Shown here piece by piece: positions 18,849 to 28,086 of a stretch of DNA of 64,000 nt. This DNA comes from a virus (lineage: Duplodnaviria > Caudoviricetes), in IMG/VR virus record IMGVR_UViG_3300009183_004565. One strand, written 5' to 3'. The position numbers and the translations under genes are program-made. Each line of letters begins with the position of its first letter. Position 1 is the first letter of the stretch. The notes under the pieces are model-generated. The model saw only the letters and a list, made by a program, of their open reading frames with translations. It was not told where the DNA came from and did no database searches.

Positions 18849-19941
18849 AATCATTATACCAATCTTTTTCAACAATAAGACGCTGATTATGTTCCACAGC
18901 GTCTTTTATTTTGGCATAAATTTCAACTGGATCTTGAGTGCATAGATATTTCAATTGATCTAGAGCCTTGGTCCAGCGAATATTTTGATCAGGCTCGTTG
19001 TCATAACTTTCGTCAATTACATTATCAAATGTTTGAAATCCAAAACTTTTTAAATTTTTAAGATAATATTGCCCAGCAATTGCAACAATCAATCGACCGG
19101 CGATTAGTGGCTTAACTGTTTTTTCTGTGTAAAAATTAAAATGATTGACAGCATTTGTTTCTGCAATCAGTGTGTAGTAGGTTTGATTATACACTGTCAA
19201 CGGAATTACTTGACTCAAATTCATTTTATAACCATAATACTTCACATGATGTACGGTATGTTGTGGAGTTTCAATGAATTCAACACCATCGTATTCGGAA
19301 ATAAATTCATCTGATTGTCGAAGATCAATATTCCATCTTCTATGATAAGTCATTATATTTTTATCATTGAGATTGTTTTCAATGATATAGTTATAAACAA
19401 AATCTCGATGTGTACGTTGACAGCCTAGTAGGATATCAAAAAATTTTGATTTATTGCTATGTGGTATTAATTTTTCTTTAAGGAAGTTTGGCTGTATTAC
19501 TTTATAAAAATAATTGGAAGTATGAAACCAATCCATCCAATGATACACAACAGCATTATTAAATTTAACATTCAGAAACCCGGCCAAGAACATTGTTACT
19601 CTGGGCAAGTCCAATGACATCAATTGGTTCACTGTGGATTCGTGTAATTCTGAGCAGAATATTACACAATGACTGGAATGAGAGTAAACTTTATGAAAAC
19701 GTTCGACCCAAGTTTCTTCTGGTGGAAATGCTACATGAAAACCGGCAAATTTATTTTTATAATTACTAGCAACAAATTGATCGATAGTTGATTTATAATA
19801 GTAGTGATTGGAGTCAAATCTTAAATGGCTATTATGATCGTTACGATCGGCCAATTGAGCAAAATGAAATTCGGTGATGCCATTTGAATTGGATTCGGAG
19901 TCATGGTAGACTCCGGAATCCGGTATAAACCACTCTAACAT
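18802..19941 (-). CDS. Hypothetical protein, putative glycosyltransferase-like (paralog of 9352-10611)
   Basis: AETN..FYTEKTVKP...GFQTF..IDESYD. Confidence 0.45.
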   Translation of the reverse strand: MLEWFIPDSGVYHDSESNSNGITEFHFAQLADRNDHNSHLRFDSNHYYYKSTIDQFVASNYKNKFAGFHVAFPPEETWVERFHKVYSHSSHCVIFCSELHESTVNQLMSLDLPRVTMFLAGFLNVKFNNAVVYHWMDWFHTSNYFYKVIQPNFLKEKLIPHSNKSKFFDILLGCQRTHRDFVYNYIIENNLNDKNIMTYHRRWNIDLRQSDEFISEYDGVEFIETPQHTVHHVKYYGYKMNLSQVIPLTVYNQTYYTLIAETNAVNHFNFYTEKTVKPLIAGRLIVAIAGQYYLKNLKSFGFQTFDNVIDESYDNEPDQNIRWTKALDQLKYLCTQDPVEIYAKIKDAVEHNQRLIVEKDWYNDFSQQLNSVVARTIAD

Positions 19942-19944
19942 TAA

Positions 19945-20256
19945 TTATGCTTTAGGTTTACTGGGGGCTTTTGCTTTTTTGACAGCGGTTTTAACTTTGG
20001 CTTCTACTTCAACTGCTGCTTTCTTTGCCTTGGTTGCTGTTTTCTTTGCTACAGTTTTGACTTCTTCTGTTACTACTGTTGCCACGGCTACTGCATCTTT
20101 GATATCAACTTTACCGTCATTGTTAACATCAAGTACATTGGGTTTAGTTACGCTGTCCAGCGGATGACGTTCGTCGCTTTTTGGTTGTTGACGACCGATC
20201 CAAAGAAAGAACCCAATACCAACTAAAAATGCTATAAGTACAAAAATTAAATCCAT
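19945..20256 (-). CDS. Membrane-anchored protein with Lys/Ala-rich histone-like tail
   Basis: N-terminal TM segment, DVNNDGKVD loop, AKKTATKAKKAA tail. Confidence 0.6.
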   Translation of the reverse strand: MDLIFVLIAFLVGIGFFLWIGRQQPKSDERHPLDSVTKPNVLDVNNDGKVDIKDAVAVATVVTEEVKTVAKKTATKAKKAAVEVEAKVKTAVKKAKAPSKPKA

Positions 20257-20333
20257 TGAAAATCTCCTATATAGTTCGATTATTTATTATAGAGAAATGG
20301 AAAAATAAAATCATTATATATGCATATTCTCTG

Positions 20334-20362
20334 TTGCAACGCAGCATAAATTATAGTATAAT
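20334..20362 (+). promoter_or_regulatory. Sigma70-type promoter with overlapping PhaR-box-like site
   Basis: TTGCAA-17-TATAAT; TGCAACGCAGCA at 20335-20346. Confidence 0.6.
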
Positions 20363-20391
20363 GTAGAAACATTACTTTTAAGGAGATTCAA

Positions 20392-20610
20392 ATGTTTACA
20401 GTAGATACCCTAGTTGACAATGCAGCCAAACAAACCAAACAAACCTTTACCCATATTCCCAACGACGATTTTCGTACTGGTCTGGAAAGCATCGTGGATG
20501 CACAGGCAGCATATACCAAAACCGTTTGGTCTACCACTGCAGATTTGTTAAAAACAGCCCAGGAAAACGTTGTTGCTTATTACACAACAAAATCTGTTGC
20601 TAAAAACTAA
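20392..20610 (+). CDS. Phasin-like protein
   Basis: Small amphipathic helical protein (DTLVD..KQ...F...L...VDAQAAYTK), strong SD, PhaR-like box upstream. Confidence 0.5.
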   Translation: MFTVDTLVDNAAKQTKQTFTHIPNDDFRTGLESIVDAQAAYTKTVWSTTADLLKTAQENVVAYYTTKSVAKN

Positions 20611-20634
20611 ACAGTTGTAGCGATACAACAACCT

Positions 20635-20674
20635 AAAAGCCCTGCTTGACAGGGCTTTTTCTTTATGCTATACT
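20635..20674 (+). terminator. Terminator hairpin overlapping a TTGACA-17-TATACT promoter
   Basis: AAAAGCCCTG-CTTGA-CAGGGCTTTT; -35 at 20646, -10 at 20669. Confidence 0.55.
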
Positions 20675-20708
20675 CGCTGTGTTATTAACTAATCCGACAG
20701 GAATAACC

Positions 20709-20987
20709 GTGAATAAACTCTTATTAAACTGCCGTCCTGGTACAGTTTTTGATGCTACTAACAAAGAGCATCGTAAATCCTACCACGTCTTTATTACCAA
20801 CTCAAGTTGGGGTCGTAGTCCTTATCAATTTATCCTTGAACCTGGGTTTGAGGATGTGCCCACCATGTGTCGTCATCGTCTTTGTGAATACTATGTAAAC
20901 AGGGAATTCTCTAACAGTATTAAATCTAAACGTGTTAACAAAGATGCAAGACTTACTGTAGTTAAACTAAAGCCAAAAAAAGATTGA
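20709..20987 (+). CDS. Hypothetical protein
   Basis: GTG 20709 downstream of promoter; track start lies inside the promoter. Confidence 0.55.
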   Translation: MNKLLLNCRPGTVFDATNKEHRKSYHVFITNSSWGRSPYQFILEPGFEDVPTMCRHRLCEYYVNREFSNSIKSKRVNKDARLTVVKLKPKKD

Positions 20988-21012
20988 CCAAAAATACCCA
21001 TTTTGCTATAAT
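20984..21012 (+). promoter_or_regulatory. Early sigma70 promoter cassette
   Basis: TTGACC-17-TATAAT, member of repeated family. Confidence 0.75.
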
Positions 21013-21043
21013 TTAAAAACTGAATAACAAAACGGAGGTTGTA

Positions 21044-21436
21044 GTGGGTTTAGATCAATATGCTTATGCTGCTGCCAAAGCCAATATGGACTGGAACAAT
21101 AATAATCAGCGTGAACTCGCCTACTGGCGCAAGCATCCCAATTTGCAAGGTTGGATGGAGCAACTGTGGAGAGCAAAGGGCTGTCCGGGTGTTAGTAATA
21201 ATCTTGATATTGATAACAACGATGTCATCTTTAATGGTGTCGAAGTTGAACTCTCGTGGGAAGATTTAGATGCACTGGAGGAAGATGTTAGAAATAGTCG
21301 ACTTCCTAGTACAAGTGGATTCTTCTTTGGTAATCCGTCGGACGATTATTACTTGCAAGAAGATTTAGAATTTATTCGTAAAGCCCGTGCAGAAATTTTT
21401 ACAGGCCTCAAAGTTTTTTACAACTCATCTTGGTAA
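21044..21436 (+). CDS. Phage hypothetical protein (MGLDQY type)
   Basis: MGLDQYAY, YWRKHPNLQGW, GFFFG, VFYNSSW; GGAGG SD. Confidence 0.65.
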   Translation: MGLDQYAYAAAKANMDWNNNNQRELAYWRKHPNLQGWMEQLWRAKGCPGVSNNLDIDNNDVIFNGVEVELSWEDLDALEEDVRNSRLPSTSGFFFGNPSDDYYLQEDLEFIRKARAEIFTGLKVFYNSSW

Positions 21437-21446
21437 AGGAAATACA

Positions 21447-21599
21447 ATGACTAAAGCACAACGATTTGCAGACGAAGCAGTTTATATTTTGCAACTAAAC
21501 AGCCGTGACGCTGTGAAATATATTCAGCGAAATGCTGGCTGTGACGAAACAACTGCTACCGCAGTATTTAAAACTACAGTGGCTCCTTATAAGAAATAA
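21447..21599 (+). CDS. Small hypothetical protein
   Basis: AAAGGA SD and ATG 21447. Confidence 0.5.
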   Translation: MTKAQRFADEAVYILQLNSRDAVKYIQRNAGCDETTATAVFKTTVAPYKK

Positions 21600-21841
21600 T
21601 GAAAATCTTAATAATTATTGCTGCAATACTGGCTACAGGATGTGCAACTGAGCACAGAGCCTCAACCCAGGACCTTCGTAATGTGTACATTGACTGTACT
21701 AATAGACAGGCATTTGAAAACTATTATAACAAACAATTGCGACTTACGGATACTGGCAAGGCAACCATAGATCCGGTAGAGCAGCAATATTATGCAGCGA
21801 TTAAAGAAAAACTTTGGACGCTGAGGACTGTATGCAAATAA
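21599..21841 (+). CDS. Putative lipoprotein
   Basis: Lipobox LATGC. Confidence 0.6.
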   Translation: MKILIIIAAILATGCATEHRASTQDLRNVYIDCTNRQAFENYYNKQLRLTDTGKATIDPVEQQYYAAIKEKLWTLRTVCK

Positions 21842-22158
21842 AATCATTCATCGTTACCGTTACAATTCTAGCAGTAACTGGATGCAGCACTACCACTACT
21901 GCCAGAATGGATTTTCAATCAATCAATCAGTTTCGGGTTAATTGTGCGAAAAAACAAGAGCAACTGGACTTTTTATACAGCCAATGGCCTAGCAAAAAGG
22001 ATCAGTTTTTAAATGCAATGATGATCCGTAGCGACACTGGATTTGTCATGTCAGTGGCAGATGATACGTATCAAGAACGTAGATACTTGGATGAAGGACG
22101 TTATACTGCAGTTCTGAGATTACTAATAGATCAGGTGAAACAATGTCCAAACTATTAA
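21832..22158 (+). CDS. Putative lipoprotein
   Basis: Lipobox AVTGC. Confidence 0.6.
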   Translation: MQIKSFIVTVTILAVTGCSTTTTARMDFQSINQFRVNCAKKQEQLDFLYSQWPSKKDQFLNAMMIRSDTGFVMSVADDTYQERRYLDEGRYTAVLRLLIDQVKQCPNY

Positions 22159-22712
22159 TTTTGTTAGTAACAGCGGGTGTCTGCAGCTCTGCCATGGCAG
22201 AATGCTACATGCGCTCTGCTACAGTTAAAGAATCCAAATCCACGGTTACAAGAATTGCAGACATCAAGCGTTATGTAACTCCTGTGGATGCAGAGCATTT
22301 TAAATGTACCGTGGGATTTAGAGCTGAAGTTAACCATGTGTGGCAAACCGGCGAAGGGCAAAGTATCGGAACTAACGGTGACAGCATTGATACTGTATGT
22401 ACCCAAGCACTAGATTCCGCACGTAGTTATTTGTTGGCCCGAGTCAGTAATGGTAAAATGTTAAATGAACAAGAAATGATTTGTACAGATCGCCCGGATC
22501 CAGAAGTCAAGTCCGTTAAAATTGGCGATATAGTACAGATATCAGAATTGGCACCACATCCACAAAAACCTGATTTCTTTGCGTATCGTGGAGCTCAATG
22601 TCGTTGGTTTGTAGAAACGGATGTCAATTTAGCAGCCAGAGACCTTTTTCAATGGCAAGGTATTGCCTGTAATGTGCGAAAAGGTGAATGGCAAGTGATT
22701 GACAAATTTTAA
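22143..22712 (+). CDS. Secreted Cys-rich hypothetical protein
   Basis: Signal peptide, several paired Cys. Confidence 0.55.
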   Translation: MSKLLILLVTAGVCSSAMAECYMRSATVKESKSTVTRIADIKRYVTPVDAEHFKCTVGFRAEVNHVWQTGEGQSIGTNGDSIDTVCTQALDSARSYLLARVSNGKMLNEQEMICTDRPDPEVKSVKIGDIVQISELAPHPQKPDFFAYRGAQCRWFVETDVNLAARDLFQWQGIACNVRKGEWQVIDKF

Positions 22713-22733
22713 TCAACCTGTTATAATACAGCT

Positions 22734-22868
22734 ATGAATAAATTATTCCTAATTATAGTATTTGCAGCAACAGCGTTCGCTACCGGCTGTTCTACGGTAG
22801 CAGGAGCCGGTAAAGATATTACTAGCGGCGCCGAATATGTTCGTGATAAAATTGGAGGTAGTAAATGA
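22734..22868 (+). CDS. Entericidin EcnA/B-like small lipoprotein (44 aa)
   Basis: MNKLFLIIVFAATAFATG-CSTVAGAGKDITSGAEYVRDKIGGSK; TTGACA/TATAAT promoter upstream; not in track. Confidence 0.7.
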   Translation: MNKLFLIIVFAATAFATGCSTVAGAGKDITSGAEYVRDKIGGSK

Positions 22869-23431
22869 AGAAGTTTCTAGTCCTGGTTCCTGTAGTTGCA
22901 GTCCTCGCTGCCTGTGGCACGACAGAAAAGTTTGAAAAGCGCACTGAGCAGATTACCGAGCGTCAAGAGAAGCTGGCGGAACGTGCAATTGACAAGGCTC
23001 CCAAGTGGATGACGCAACTGCCAGAATCTAGTGCCGCTGTGTATGCCAATGGTAGCGCAGTTAGTCGTGACTTTAGCATGGCCGATGAAAAGGCCAAACT
23101 GGTTGCACTTGGTAAGATTTGTACTGCAGCCGGTGGTGAAGTAGACAAGCAGAGCAAGATGTTCTTGAGTGACACAGAAGATACCAGTGTTGAGCGCAGT
23201 GAGAGTGCTATACGTTCCATGTGCCGCGGTGTAGATGTATCGGGTACCGAGATCATTGAAGTTAAACGTATTGCAGAAGGTGCACGTTTTAGGTCGTACA
23301 TTCTAGTTAGTTTACCCATGGGAGAAGCTAATCAACTGGCAATACGTAACGATCGTCGTCGAGCGGCAGCAGGTACCAAAGTACGTTCCGATCGAGCATT
23401 TGACGAAATGGATGCCAACAACAAACGATAG
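22865..23431 (+). CDS. Lipoprotein (LPP20-like)
   Basis: Lipobox LAAC; KAPKWM..P; A..KA...A helix. Confidence 0.55.
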   Translation: MKKFLVLVPVVAVLAACGTTEKFEKRTEQITERQEKLAERAIDKAPKWMTQLPESSAAVYANGSAVSRDFSMADEKAKLVALGKICTAAGGEVDKQSKMFLSDTEDTSVERSESAIRSMCRGVDVSGTEIIEVKRIAEGARFRSYILVSLPMGEANQLAIRNDRRRAAAGTKVRSDRAFDEMDANNKR

Positions 23432-23444
23432 TAGCATTTTAAAC

Positions 23445-23471
23445 AAAAATGCCCTTCGGGGCATTTTTTTT
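23445..23471 (+). terminator. Intrinsic terminator
   Basis: AAAAATGCCC-TTCG-GGGCATTTTT followed by T run. Confidence 0.8.
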
Positions 23472-23510
23472 GACAAAAACTTCTTAAATTCAAATACCAC
23501 TAAATACTAG

Positions 23511-24512
23511 ATGCGCTTACACGAAATTTCACAAAAGACCAAATATCGCCCAGAAGTATTCCTGGACATGGACGGTGTTCTAGCCGATTTCTTCTCAGAA
23601 TATGCTGTACTAGCCGGATTACCCCCAGGCAGTAGCTATAGGGAAATCCCCCCAGCTAAAAGTGATCCTACCTTGAACAAAATGATAGGCACTGACTTCT
23701 TTTACAGATTGCCTAAGTTTAGTACAGCGGACGCACTAGTGGCAATGGTAGTAAAGTTCTTTGGTGGATACAACATCTGCTCAAGTCCGTTACGTGGAGA
23801 CCATGAAAATTCAGGCGTACAAAAAACACGTTGGATTCAACAACATCTAAATCCACAACCCCAACACATTTACATAGAATCACGTAAAGAACGATATGCA
23901 TTACAGCCCGACGGTACACCCAATATCCTAATTGATGATCGTAAAGACAACATCATTAGATGGGAAGCGGCTGGCGGTGTGGGTATCAAGTATCAAGCAG
24001 ATGAAGATGGGCTAGATGTAATTGCTCGAGGTTTACGTCGTGCATTGGAAATATATAAAGGGCGGCGTGAGCAGGATCAGTTGCCGTTAACACCAAGTTT
24101 GGATCGTGGGGCTCCGGTAGCAACGGCCCAAGATCAACAGGTTAAAGAAAGTACTGCAAGCGATCATGAAGAACGAATTCGTCATTTTATGCAGTGGTGC
24201 AAGCATAAGTTAAAACTAGAACAAGAATTACCCGACATAGAATTCAGTGACGAAAAAGACAGTGAAGGCATGCACCATACCGGTTACTATAATGATCAAG
24301 AAGATAAACTATGGGTCTATACCGGTAATCGTAATCTAATAGATATACTACGCACAGTGGCACATGAATTTACCCATCGTAAACAAGATGAACAAGGTAG
24401 AATTGATCCCGATCAATCTTATCCCGGCAGTCCAATTGAACAAGAAGCAGATGCAGTGGCCGGATACCTAATGAAACTTTACGGTAAAGAATATCCGGAG
24501 ATTATAGAATGA
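23511..24512 (+). CDS. HAD 5'(3')-deoxyribonucleotidase fused to a HExxH metalloprotease-like domain
   Basis: FLDMDGVLADF and ILIDDR motifs; C-terminal VAHEFTH...EQEAD. Confidence 0.75.
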   Translation: MRLHEISQKTKYRPEVFLDMDGVLADFFSEYAVLAGLPPGSSYREIPPAKSDPTLNKMIGTDFFYRLPKFSTADALVAMVVKFFGGYNICSSPLRGDHENSGVQKTRWIQQHLNPQPQHIYIESRKERYALQPDGTPNILIDDRKDNIIRWEAAGGVGIKYQADEDGLDVIARGLRRALEIYKGRREQDQLPLTPSLDRGAPVATAQDQQVKESTASDHEERIRHFMQWCKHKLKLEQELPDIEFSDEKDSEGMHHTGYYNDQEDKLWVYTGNRNLIDILRTVAHEFTHRKQDEQGRIDPDQSYPGSPIEQEADAVAGYLMKLYGKEYPEIIE

Positions 24513-25207
24513 GGTCGGATGATTTTGTAGCAGGTAATGTAGATTATCACGAAGAACTAAGCCCAGCTGCCTGGGACGGCGACGAGCTACGTACCGACGT
24601 TCGTGTTCACTTGCTACGTGCCGCAAAGTTTTTTACTGCTTATCTTGAGATTCCAGGATTTCGAGTGTATGATGTTGTACTAACAGGCAGCATGGCCAAT
24701 TACAACTACACAAAATTTAGTGACTTTGATCTACATGTGGTCACACGTTACGCAGACCTAGAGTGTGATGATCTTGCTGAAGCATTTTATCGTGCTAAAA
24801 AATCTATATGGAATGATGCACATGACATTACTATTCGTGGTCATGAAGTAGAACTGTATGTTGAGGATGTTGACAATCCTCCAGTCAGTTCGGGCATGTA
24901 CAGTTTGTTGTCTGGCACATGGATCAAGGAGCCCGAATACTCCGCGCCTACAGTGGACAATACTGCCATCAATGCCAAGGTACGTGATCTAATTAAACAA
25001 ATTGATGTTGCTATAGCACAGGCCGATGACCCCGAAGACATCAAACGTATCACAGACAAACTGAGAAAGATGCGTCGATCAGGCCTAGATACTGCTGGCG
25101 AGTTTGGCGTAGAGAATTTAACATTCAAGATACTACGTAACCTAGGTTATCTAGATGCATTAAATACAGCATTCCATAATGAACAAGATCAGGATTTAAG
25201 TTTATGA
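24509..25207 (+). CDS. Nucleotidyltransferase (Pol beta superfamily)
   Basis: LTGSMANYNY..SDFDLH, VELYVED. Confidence 0.75.
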   Translation: MRSDDFVAGNVDYHEELSPAAWDGDELRTDVRVHLLRAAKFFTAYLEIPGFRVYDVVLTGSMANYNYTKFSDFDLHVVTRYADLECDDLAEAFYRAKKSIWNDAHDITIRGHEVELYVEDVDNPPVSSGMYSLLSGTWIKEPEYSAPTVDNTAINAKVRDLIKQIDVAIAQADDPEDIKRITDKLRKMRRSGLDTAGEFGVENLTFKILRNLGYLDALNTAFHNEQDQDLSL

Positions 25208-28086
25208 GATATAAAGAATTCAATTTAACTGAAGATGAGTTGTTTGAGCTCAAAATGAGTCCAAGCAATCTTAAGAAGATGGCCGCAGAAACCGGTGCAG
25301 TGGCCGGCATAGAATTTGAAATGTATGTGCCCGGTGCTGCCGAAGCCGACGAAGACGATTACGAAGTTGAACCAGACTATGAAATGGACGAAAGTTTTCC
25401 AACTGGTCGTGGTTGGCGTCAGGAGGTGATAGATTTCTTTAGAGGTGGCGATTATGGCAGTACTCGCAGCACAATCCAACGTGCCCTTGATAACCTAGAT
25501 GAAGATTACTGGTCATGGAAGGATGAAAACTTTGAGGAATGGTTCAATGACAATGACTCATTGCTAGACAACTATCTCAGAGAAGAACTTCCACAGGACC
25601 CAGATGAAAGTGACGACGAATACACAGAACGATTGGGCAGCGACGATGAAGAAGTCCAACAGGCACGAGAGCGGGCCATGGAGCGAATGCGTGAGGAACA
25701 CCAAAGCGAAGATCAATGGGAAGATTTCTTACGAGATCAAGATATTGGATCCATGTTGGACTTCGGTAACCGAGAGAGTCTTGATTGGCCCTATGTCAAC
25801 TATCCCGAAAGCAGTGGTGGCAGCGTAGATATCAGTGATGTTGCTAGCGATTTTCAATCAGCAATTGGTCGCAGAGTCAAATCAGGTAGTTACCACAGTG
25901 GTGCTGGCAGTCAAACCGATAACTATCGGGTAGAACCAGATGGCAGTCTCACTGATCCCAACGATTCATATGATGGTGGCCTTGAATTTATCAGTCCTCC
26001 ACTGCCATTGGCTGAAATGTTATCAGACTTGGAAAAGGTAGTCAAATGGGCCGCTCGCAACGACTGTTATACCAATGACAGTACCGGACTGCACATGAAT
26101 GTCAGTGTACCTGGCTTTGAACTCAACAAACTTGATTATGTCAAACTGGCTATATTCTTGGGCGACGAATATGTATTAGATCAATTTGGTCGTGCCGGTA
26201 ACACCTACTGTGCCAGCGCCATGGAAAAGATTAAAAGTATTGCCAGGACTCAGCCAGATAAAGTCAAGACTATGCTGCAACAGATGCAGGGTAATCTAAG
26301 TGCTATGGCATCCAAGATTGTACACACTGGCACTACAAGCAAATATACCAGTATTAACACCAAAGATGGCTACATTGAGTTTCGTAGTCCAGGAGGTGAC
26401 TGGCTGGGAGAATATGCTGCTGATCCTGGTAAGATTACCAATACTCTACTACGTTTCACAGTGGCGCTTGATGTTGCCATGAAGCCAGAAGCATTTAGAC
26501 AAGAGTACATGAAGAAGTTGTACAAGACTTTATCACTGGGCGAAAGTGATGACACTATTCAATTCTTTGCACGTTATGCTGCCGGCGCCTTACCACAGTC
26601 GGCCCTGAAGAGTTTTGTCAAGCAAGCACAAATACAGCGTAAAGCTAAAAAACTACTGCCTGGCGCAATCAAAGGACAACAATTAATTCAGTGGCAGGCC
26701 ACTTCAGGTGCAGCTACCGCTACTGTTGTGGCACGTACCGAAGAGGAAGCAAGAAAGAAAGCTGCCTTCAATATTGGTATTCCGTTCACTGACAGTGCTA
26801 TAGACCGAATGGACATACAGCCCTTGGATCTTTATACCGGGCCAGTTAACAAATACAGAATCATTAGAGACTCTAACGGAGCCGAACTAGACACCATCGA
26901 AGGTGTTGACGAACGCGATGCTATCACAAACTTCCGAGTAACTAAACCCCATTGGACCACTGATATAACTGCTCGATTGGTAACACCAAATCAATCTCCT
27001 CCAGATTATCCGGCAGCGACCAGTAACACACCGGGTTCGTGGACCATCATGAATCAATCGACTCGTAGAATGTTACAAGGCGTTGGTGGCACATTCATTT
27101 ATGCCTCCCAAGCAGCAGCAGAGATAGCCATGGGTAACAACATACGTCGTGCAGATATCCGTATCATAAACACCGACAATGGTCAGGTCTATGACATTGA
27201 CGGACGTCCTACTAGATACAATACCGGCACAGAATCAAACACTTCAAGTCGTGATCAAGAGTTTACTGGCACTTGGGAAGTTGTAAGTAGACCCACTGAT
27301 GAAGTTGTATATACCATAAGTGGTATAGGTAATGCGGTTTCTGATGCAGAAAGATATGCAAATAGATGGGTTGATCAAACAGGATTTAGTGATCCTGTTT
27401 ATGTGCGTCCACAAATGCAGCCAAGATCCACGGGTGGCGGCGGATTTGACCGAGCACCACATACCAGCATATATCAATTGGTTGATAATAGAGATGGTAG
27501 AATATTACTAGGTGGCGAAACACGAACTTTTGCCTACACTGTTGAAATGGCTGGTCTTGCGATTCGTAGTTATGGTGTTCCTTCCGGCGATATTAGAATT
27601 ATTGATATGGCTACCAATCGTTCTTATAACATAGATGGTTCACCTGCTAATACATCTGCACCAGCAGCACAAACAGAACAACTTTACAATGTTAGATGGA
27701 CAGATGAAAATGGCGAACACGATGTAAATCGTAGAGCTCCTAATGCCAATGCTGCCATGGAGGATGTGCGTAACAGTTTAGAAAGCGGCAGATTTAGAGT
27801 AATTTCTATAGAAGCCAACCCTATAGGATCAAACACCGGTGATTCTACTCCTATTCCTGGTTCTACCATGGACCGAGTTCAACAACGAGCACAAGGATCG
27901 GAAAGTTTACCACCAGGTAATGCACGTTGGTTGATACTGGATCGCAATAACCAAGAAGTATATTCGTTTATTAATACCACAACACAAAGCGATGCCAATC
28001 AGTATGCAAGGAATTGGCTGCTTAATACTGCATCGGCTGAAGTTAGAGACCGCGGCCCATTTGATATATTACCGGTGTCAAGATGA
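25204..28086 (+). CDS. Putative amidoligase-domain protein with C-terminal repeats
   Basis: GIEFEM, EPDGSL, GLEFISP, TGLHMNV, IEFRSPG motifs; repeated IRII...(Y/S)xIDGxP modules. Confidence 0.7.
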   Translation: MRYKEFNLTEDELFELKMSPSNLKKMAAETGAVAGIEFEMYVPGAAEADEDDYEVEPDYEMDESFPTGRGWRQEVIDFFRGGDYGSTRSTIQRALDNLDEDYWSWKDENFEEWFNDNDSLLDNYLREELPQDPDESDDEYTERLGSDDEEVQQARERAMERMREEHQSEDQWEDFLRDQDIGSMLDFGNRESLDWPYVNYPESSGGSVDISDVASDFQSAIGRRVKSGSYHSGAGSQTDNYRVEPDGSLTDPNDSYDGGLEFISPPLPLAEMLSDLEKVVKWAARNDCYTNDSTGLHMNVSVPGFELNKLDYVKLAIFLGDEYVLDQFGRAGNTYCASAMEKIKSIARTQPDKVKTMLQQMQGNLSAMASKIVHTGTTSKYTSINTKDGYIEFRSPGGDWLGEYAADPGKITNTLLRFTVALDVAMKPEAFRQEYMKKLYKTLSLGESDDTIQFFARYAAGALPQSALKSFVKQAQIQRKAKKLLPGAIKGQQLIQWQATSGAATATVVARTEEEARKKAAFNIGIPFTDSAIDRMDIQPLDLYTGPVNKYRIIRDSNGAELDTIEGVDERDAITNFRVTKPHWTTDITARLVTPNQSPPDYPAATSNTPGSWTIMNQSTRRMLQGVGGTFIYASQAAAEIAMGNNIRRADIRIINTDNGQVYDIDGRPTRYNTGTESNTSSRDQEFTGTWEVVSRPTDEVVYTISGIGNAVSDAERYANRWVDQTGFSDPVYVRPQMQPRSTGGGGFDRAPHTSIYQLVDNRDGRILLGGETRTFAYTVEMAGLAIRSYGVPSGDIRIIDMATNRSYNIDGSPANTSAPAAQTEQLYNVRWTDENGEHDVNRRAPNANAAMEDVRNSLESGRFRVISIEANPIGSNTGDSTPIPGSTMDRVQQRAQGSESLPPGNARWLILDRNNQEVYSFINTTTQSDANQYARNWLLNTASAEVRDRGPFDILPVSR

